A stretch of 64,000 bases of DNA from NCBI GenBank assembly GCA_963754925.1, contig CAVWHX010000003.1, positions 320,001-384,000 on the forward strand, written 5' to 3'. Position 1 is the first letter of the stretch. Every line of letters begins with the position of its first letter. The translations under genes and the position numbers were made by a program. The notes beneath the pieces are model-generated. The model made no database searches and was not told the DNA's origin. It saw nothing but the letters and a program-made list of their open reading frames with translations. Origin of the DNA: an uncultured delta proteobacterium (lineage in GTDB: Bacteria > Myxococcota > B64-G9). Positions 59,592 to 64,000 of this stretch are shown here, piece by piece.

Positions 59592-60260
59592 ATGATGAAT
59601 GATACACGCAGAGCAACCGCGAGAGAGATCGCGCGCAAGCACCTGGAGGCGGGTGACCCGCTGGGCTGGTTCGAAGACCTCTATTCGCGAGCGGGCGAGA
59701 ACGCGTCGATCATTCCCTGGGCTGATTTGGCGCCGAATCCCAATCTCATCGACTGGCTTGATCGGCACCAATTGTTAAGTCCCGGGAAGGCACTGGTAGT
59801 TGGCTGTGGCCTGGGTGACGACGCGGAAGAACTGGCACGGCGCGGGTTCGAAACAACCGCGTTCGATATTTCGGAATCGGCCATTGCGTGGAGCCGGAGA
59901 CGTTACCCACAATCGGTAGTCACGTATATCGTCGCGGACCTGTTCTCAGCACCTGTCGAATGGAAAGCCACGTTTGATTTTGTACTGGAATTGTACACGC
60001 TCCAAGTGCTTCCTCCCAATCTCCGGGCAGATGCCGTCCGCTGCATCGCCTCTTTCGTCGCTCAAAGCGGTACACTGCTCGTCATTGCGCGCGGAAGAGA
60101 ACCGAGCGAACCCGAAGGGACGATGCCGTGGCCCCTGACGAATAACGACCTTTCGCTCTTTGAGACTCACGGTCTCACGGGGGTATCTTTCGAGGATTAC
60201 CGGGATAGTGAAGATCCTCCGATACGTCGCTTCAGAGCAACCTATAGGCGGGAGAAATAG
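59592..60260 (+). CDS. Class I SAM-dependent methyltransferase (TPMT-like)
   Basis: ALVVGCGLGDDA, AFDISESAI, ADLF and PWPL motifs. Confidence 0.88.
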   Translation: MMNDTRRATAREIARKHLEAGDPLGWFEDLYSRAGENASIIPWADLAPNPNLIDWLDRHQLLSPGKALVVGCGLGDDAEELARRGFETTAFDISESAIAWSRRRYPQSVVTYIVADLFSAPVEWKATFDFVLELYTLQVLPPNLRADAVRCIASFVAQSGTLLVIARGREPSEPEGTMPWPLTNNDLSLFETHGLTGVSFEDYRDSEDPPIRRFRATYRREK

Positions 60261-60300
60261 GAGACGAGGCGCCGGCCGACTATTTCGGGGAGGTAATCAG

Positions 60301-61101
60301 ATGATGCAGGTTTTCCAAGTGGACGCTTTTACCGACACACCCTTCGCTGGAAATCCCGCTGGCGTATGCCTTTTGCCGGAAGCTAAACCCGACAGCTGGA
60401 TGTTGCATCTGGCTCGGGAAATGAATCTCTCAGAAACGGCGTTCTTGTTGCGCCAAAATGAGGGTTGCAGCTTGCGCTGGTTTACTCCAACAACTGAAGT
60501 AGCGCTTTGCGGACATGCTACTCTGGCTAGCGCTCACATCCTGTGGGAAGAGAAGCTACTAGCAGAGACGGAGACTATCGCATTTCAAACAAAGAGTGGG
60601 ATTCTCCGTGCCAGAAAGGCTGGTAAGGTCATCGAAATGGACTTTCCCGCACGGAATGTTCAATCTATTAAGAACAATGAGGAGTTGAACCAAGCACTTC
60701 AGGTAAGGCCCGTTTTCACTGGCAAGTACCCAACTGCAGACGGGGATTTATACCTCCTCGATGTGGAATCCGACGAAACCATTAGAAGCATCGTTCCGGA
60801 TTATCAGAGACTTTTAATAAGTACGGCGCGTGCTGTGATTGTGACAGGTGCATCTTCAGATTCAACGTACGATTTTGTATCAAGATTCTTCGCACCCGCG
60901 GTGGGGATAAATGAAGACCCGGTGACAGGCTCCGCTCACTGCTATCTAACTCCCTACTGGGGCGCCAAACTGAGAAAAAATGAGATGATTGGCTACCAAG
61001 CATCCGAACGTGGCGGAATCGTTAAGTGTAAATGGGTAGGAGATCGAGTGTGGCTTGGAGGCAGCGCCGTGACGGTCTTCAGAGCAGAGTTGTTAGTATA
61101 G
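60301..61101 (+). CDS. PhzF-family isomerase/epimerase
   Basis: QVDAFT..FAGNPA, NLSETAF, LCGHATLA and EDPVTGSAH motifs. Confidence 0.92.
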   Translation: MMQVFQVDAFTDTPFAGNPAGVCLLPEAKPDSWMLHLAREMNLSETAFLLRQNEGCSLRWFTPTTEVALCGHATLASAHILWEEKLLAETETIAFQTKSGILRARKAGKVIEMDFPARNVQSIKNNEELNQALQVRPVFTGKYPTADGDLYLLDVESDETIRSIVPDYQRLLISTARAVIVTGASSDSTYDFVSRFFAPAVGINEDPVTGSAHCYLTPYWGAKLRKNEMIGYQASERGGIVKCKWVGDRVWLGGSAVTVFRAELLV

Positions 61102-61162
61102 GGGAAGAATAGGGTAACTGGCCTGATGCGGCGGGGCAACTGAGCCCTATGTTGATGGTACG

Positions 61163-61627
61163 TTATCCAACCAAATAGGTGCCGGTTCCGGCCGCAATGA
61201 GAATCCCTTCGTCATTGATTAATTCCGTTCGCACCACCGCCACCTTATTTCCCACGCGCAAGATGCTGCCGGTTGCGCGAAAATACGAGCCTTTGCCGGG
61301 TCGGACGTAATCGACTCGAATATCGATGGTGCCCATGTTGGTCAGCCGCTTCGCCAATTCTTGCATTGACGAACCCTTCAGCCCCCGCAGCACATGAAGC
61401 TGCGCTATGACACCGCCGGTAAAATCAAGCACCGACGATATGACGCCGCCGTGCAATATCCCCTTTTCGAAGTTGCCGATAAGTTTGTCCTGCATGTCGA
61501 TTCTGACGACCGTATTTTGAAACGACAGGGACTCTATTTTGATTCCTATCAGCTTGTTGAACGGCATGGTTTCTTCATAAACATGTTTCAATAAGCCTAA
61601 TACTGTTTCAACCGGGACATCGCTCAT
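61163..61627 (-). CDS. PaaI/YigI-like hot-dog thioesterase
   Basis: MPFN, LHGGVISSVLD and TIDIRVDYVRP motifs. Confidence 0.88.
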   Translation of the reverse strand: MSDVPVETVLGLLKHVYEETMPFNKLIGIKIESLSFQNTVVRIDMQDKLIGNFEKGILHGGVISSVLDFTGGVIAQLHVLRGLKGSSMQELAKRLTNMGTIDIRVDYVRPGKGSYFRATGSILRVGNKVAVVRTELINDEGILIAAGTGTYLVG

Positions 61628-61680
61628 GAAGACTGATCCCTTCTCAAACCTGGCGACATTCGACGCAATAGCATCCGCGG

Positions 61681-63240
61681 TTATTTTGCCGGGCGATCAG
61701 CGGGCGAGGTTGGTTCGAGGTACCCGACCTTCTCGTAGGTCATGCCGGCCGATTGTAGCTGTGGTTCGACCTCTTCGGCCCTGCCCACGATTACCATGCA
61801 CAGGTTTTCGTCCGATAGGCGATTCTTGGCGGCCGCAATGCCTTGTTCCAGTCCGACGGCCGCAATCGCAACCGGGTAGTCGCGAACGAAAGCTTCGGTC
61901 AAACCGTGCAACTCGGCTTCCAAGAAGGCCGCGGCCACCGACTCGGCCGTCTCGAACTGCAATGGGTACTTCCCGGCCATGTTGGCCTGGGCATCGGCGA
62001 GTTCCTCTGCGGTCGGACCGGAAAGGCGCATCTTTTTAAGTTCGTCCAGGACAAGTCTCACGGTGGGGAGCGTCTCAGCATTGCGGGTGAAGGTATGGAT
62101 CTCGAACGTTCCTCGATTGGCTTCGGCCTCGAAGCGTGAGGACGCTCCGTAAGTCTTGCCGCCTTCCGAGCGTATGACCTTCATTAAGCGCGATGAAAAG
62201 AGCCCTCCCCCCAGGGTGTAGTTCATCAGTGAGGAGGCCAGAAAGTCTGGATCCGCGTGAAAGATCCCCAGGTGCCCGATGATGATGCGGGATTGTGTTT
62301 GGTCGGGTTTGTCGACCAAGCGAATGTTCACACCGTGCAGGATGGGTTCGGTATAGGTCTTGTGCTTGGGGAGTTTTTTAGGCTTCCACTCCTGAAAGGC
62401 CTGTTTGAGTTGCCGCTGCACCGCGGCGGCGTTGACATCGCCGGCAACCGCCAGGATCGATCCGTTAGGCGCAAAATGCGTCGTCTGCCAGTCGATTAAG
62501 TCCTTGCGCTTGATGGCGGACACGGTTTGAACCGTCACCGGCCAACCGCGGACATGTTTTTCGCCCCAGAGTACGTTTTGGAAATGCTCTTCGGCGAGGG
62601 CGCGATCGTCATCGCGAACTTGTTTGACCGAAGTGATTAACTGATCGCGCACCGATGCCATTTCTTTCTGGGGAAAGGTCGGCTTGACGACCATCTCCGA
62701 CATGAGGTTAAGACACGTTTGCAACTCCTTGGACAACACTTGGCAGGTTACGTGGGTGCCGTCTTGGTCCGCCCATGTCCGCAGACTGCCGCCGGCGGTG
62801 TCGATGGCCTCGGCAATCTGATCGGCGCTCAGGCGCTTGGTTCCCTTGGTCAGCATTTGAGCGACAAACGAAGCGAGCGACCGCAGCTTCCGCGTCTCAT
62901 CAAGGGTGCTGCCCGGAAGCACGAGGTGCAGGTTGATAAGCGGCCAGGTGCGATCCGCAATCACCCGAATCTTCAAGCCGTTGTTCAACGTGGCGCGCAC
63001 GACCGCGGGAAGATGCACCGGACCGGGTTTTGCAGCGGGCGGAGCTTGGATGAGATCGCTTGGGTTTTTCCATGGATTATCCGCGGCGGTCGCCTGGCCT
63101 GGTGCAAGCGCCGGCGCCGCTTCTGGCTTGGTCGAATTGAGAGGCCCCGGAGCGGTGTGGGCCTGTTTGGACAGGCAGCTGAAAAAACCAACCGCGATGA
63201 TCAGCAACCCCAGGATGTTTTGCATGCGTTGCGCGTTCAT
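61681..63240 (-). CDS. M16-family (insulinase) protein, non-catalytic-type subunit, exported
   Basis: Signal/lipoprotein N-terminus, LNNGL, MLTKGT without HxxEH, GGGLFSSRLMKVIRSEGGKTYG. Confidence 0.85.
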   Translation of the reverse strand: MNAQRMQNILGLLIIAVGFFSCLSKQAHTAPGPLNSTKPEAAPALAPGQATAADNPWKNPSDLIQAPPAAKPGPVHLPAVVRATLNNGLKIRVIADRTWPLINLHLVLPGSTLDETRKLRSLASFVAQMLTKGTKRLSADQIAEAIDTAGGSLRTWADQDGTHVTCQVLSKELQTCLNLMSEMVVKPTFPQKEMASVRDQLITSVKQVRDDDRALAEEHFQNVLWGEKHVRGWPVTVQTVSAIKRKDLIDWQTTHFAPNGSILAVAGDVNAAAVQRQLKQAFQEWKPKKLPKHKTYTEPILHGVNIRLVDKPDQTQSRIIIGHLGIFHADPDFLASSLMNYTLGGGLFSSRLMKVIRSEGGKTYGASSRFEAEANRGTFEIHTFTRNAETLPTVRLVLDELKKMRLSGPTAEELADAQANMAGKYPLQFETAESVAAAFLEAELHGLTEAFVRDYPVAIAAVGLEQGIAAAKNRLSDENLCMVIVGRAEEVEPQLQSAGMTYEKVGYLEPTSPADRPAK

Positions 63241-64000
63241 TGGCCACCCTCCCCCGCGCCTGCTCCTTTGGGCGGAATACGCACCAGCGTCAGCTGTTCG
63301 GGCACGAAATGGCTTTGTGCCACCCGTTGAATATCGGCGGCCGTAACCGCCATCAAGCGGTCATAGTCAGTCAACCACGCTCGCGCGTCGCCACGCTTTA
63401 CCAGGGAATCCCCGATTTGAAATGCGAGCATAGAAACCTCCTGCAACCCCACGACAAACTTGGTGGCGAGTTGGTTTTTGGCTTTGGCGAGCTCTCGATC
63501 GCCCACCGGGGTTTTGCGAAGTTTGCTTGCCTCGTCAAGCAGGTCGGCCTCCACCACGACGCCTTGTGGAGGGACGAGATACGCGCTGTACACCAGCATC
63601 AAGCCGGGATCTTCCAAATCCATCAATTCCACCCCGGTAAACACGCCCGCCTTGTCCGTGCGCACGATGCGTTGATGCAACCGTGACGAATCGCCGTCTG
63701 AGAGAATGCTCGCCAGCACTTGGAGCGGGATGAGATCCTCGGATCGTGCCGCTGGAATTTTGTAGCCGCCGATAAGCACGCCGATCTGCGCCGGATCGAC
63801 CTGTTCGTGGTGCTCTGCCTGCTGCACCGGTTCAGGATACTCCTTGGCCGGCCGCGGCGGGGAAGCGGCCCGCGGGATAGCGCCAAAGTGCGCCTCGGCC
63901 GCCGAACGCACTTGTTCTTCGCCGACGTCGCCGACGACGATCAAAGAAGCGTTATTGGGTTGGTAGTACGTATGGTAGAAGCGTTCGAGATCGGCGGGCG
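63237..64000 (-). CDS. M16-family peptidase, C-terminal part (5' end outside the window)
   Basis: FYHTYYQPNNASLIVVGD, LSDGDSSRL and VTAADIQRVA motifs; overlaps the next gene by 4 nt. Confidence 0.85.
   Translation of the reverse strand, partial: PADLERFYHTYYQPNNASLIVVGDVGEEQVRSAAEAHFGAIPRAASPPRPAKEYPEPVQQAEHHEQVDPAQIGVLIGGYKIPAARSEDLIPLQVLASILSDGDSSRLHQRIVRTDKAGVFTGVELMDLEDPGLMLVYSAYLVPPQGVVVEADLLDEASKLRKTPVGDRELAKAKNQLATKFVVGLQEVSMLAFQIGDSLVKRGDARAWLTDYDRLMAVTAADIQRVAQSHFVPEQLTLVRIPPKGAGAGEGGQ

Noticed and set aside
1..64000. CRISPR arrays, rRNA or tRNA genes
   Set aside because: No regularly spaced repeats or recognisable structural RNA genes were seen by eye; a covariance scan was not run.

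Overview
A bacterial chromosomal window. The gene content (Cys-rich EGF-like lipoproteins, DUF2378/V4R-like proteins, AbfD, corrinoid proteins, a sigma54 activator) suggests an anaerobic deltaproteobacterium (Myxococcota/Desulfobacterota-like); this placement is inference. Metabolic content: two near-identical propionate/acetate-CoA ligases plus a 90-bp relic of a third, a corrinoid methyl-transfer trio, gcvH-gcvPA-gcvPB, murI, two thiolase/hbd sets, a sigma54-controlled 4-hydroxybutyryl-CoA/crotonyl-CoA operon, an FAD/Fe-S oxidoreductase, c-di-AMP and c-di-GMP cyclases and an M16 peptidase pair. Mobile DNA: two near-identical IS3-family copies (one complete with a 4-bp TSD), a 157-bp MITE with an 8-bp TSD and a REP-like multi-hairpin. 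Four items stand out. (1) An integron-type cassette array at ~53.1-59.6 kb has four attC sites, an attI-like site and a consensus-like promoter but no intI gene in the window; it carries HEPN-like, J-domain/beta-propeller and Schlafen/AlbA_2 cassettes that are candidate defence genes. (2) A radical-SAM/SPASM enzyme is coupled to a small Cys-rich lipoprotein with two LYG motifs, a candidate splicease/substrate pair. (3) An operon joins a frameshifted double-zinc-ribbon protein ending in a FliM/CheZ-like CheY-binding peptide, a PilB ATPase and a CheY-like regulator. (4) A K+-channel homologue has a non-canonical filter (TQSGLSD). All calls are by eye; no database searches were run.
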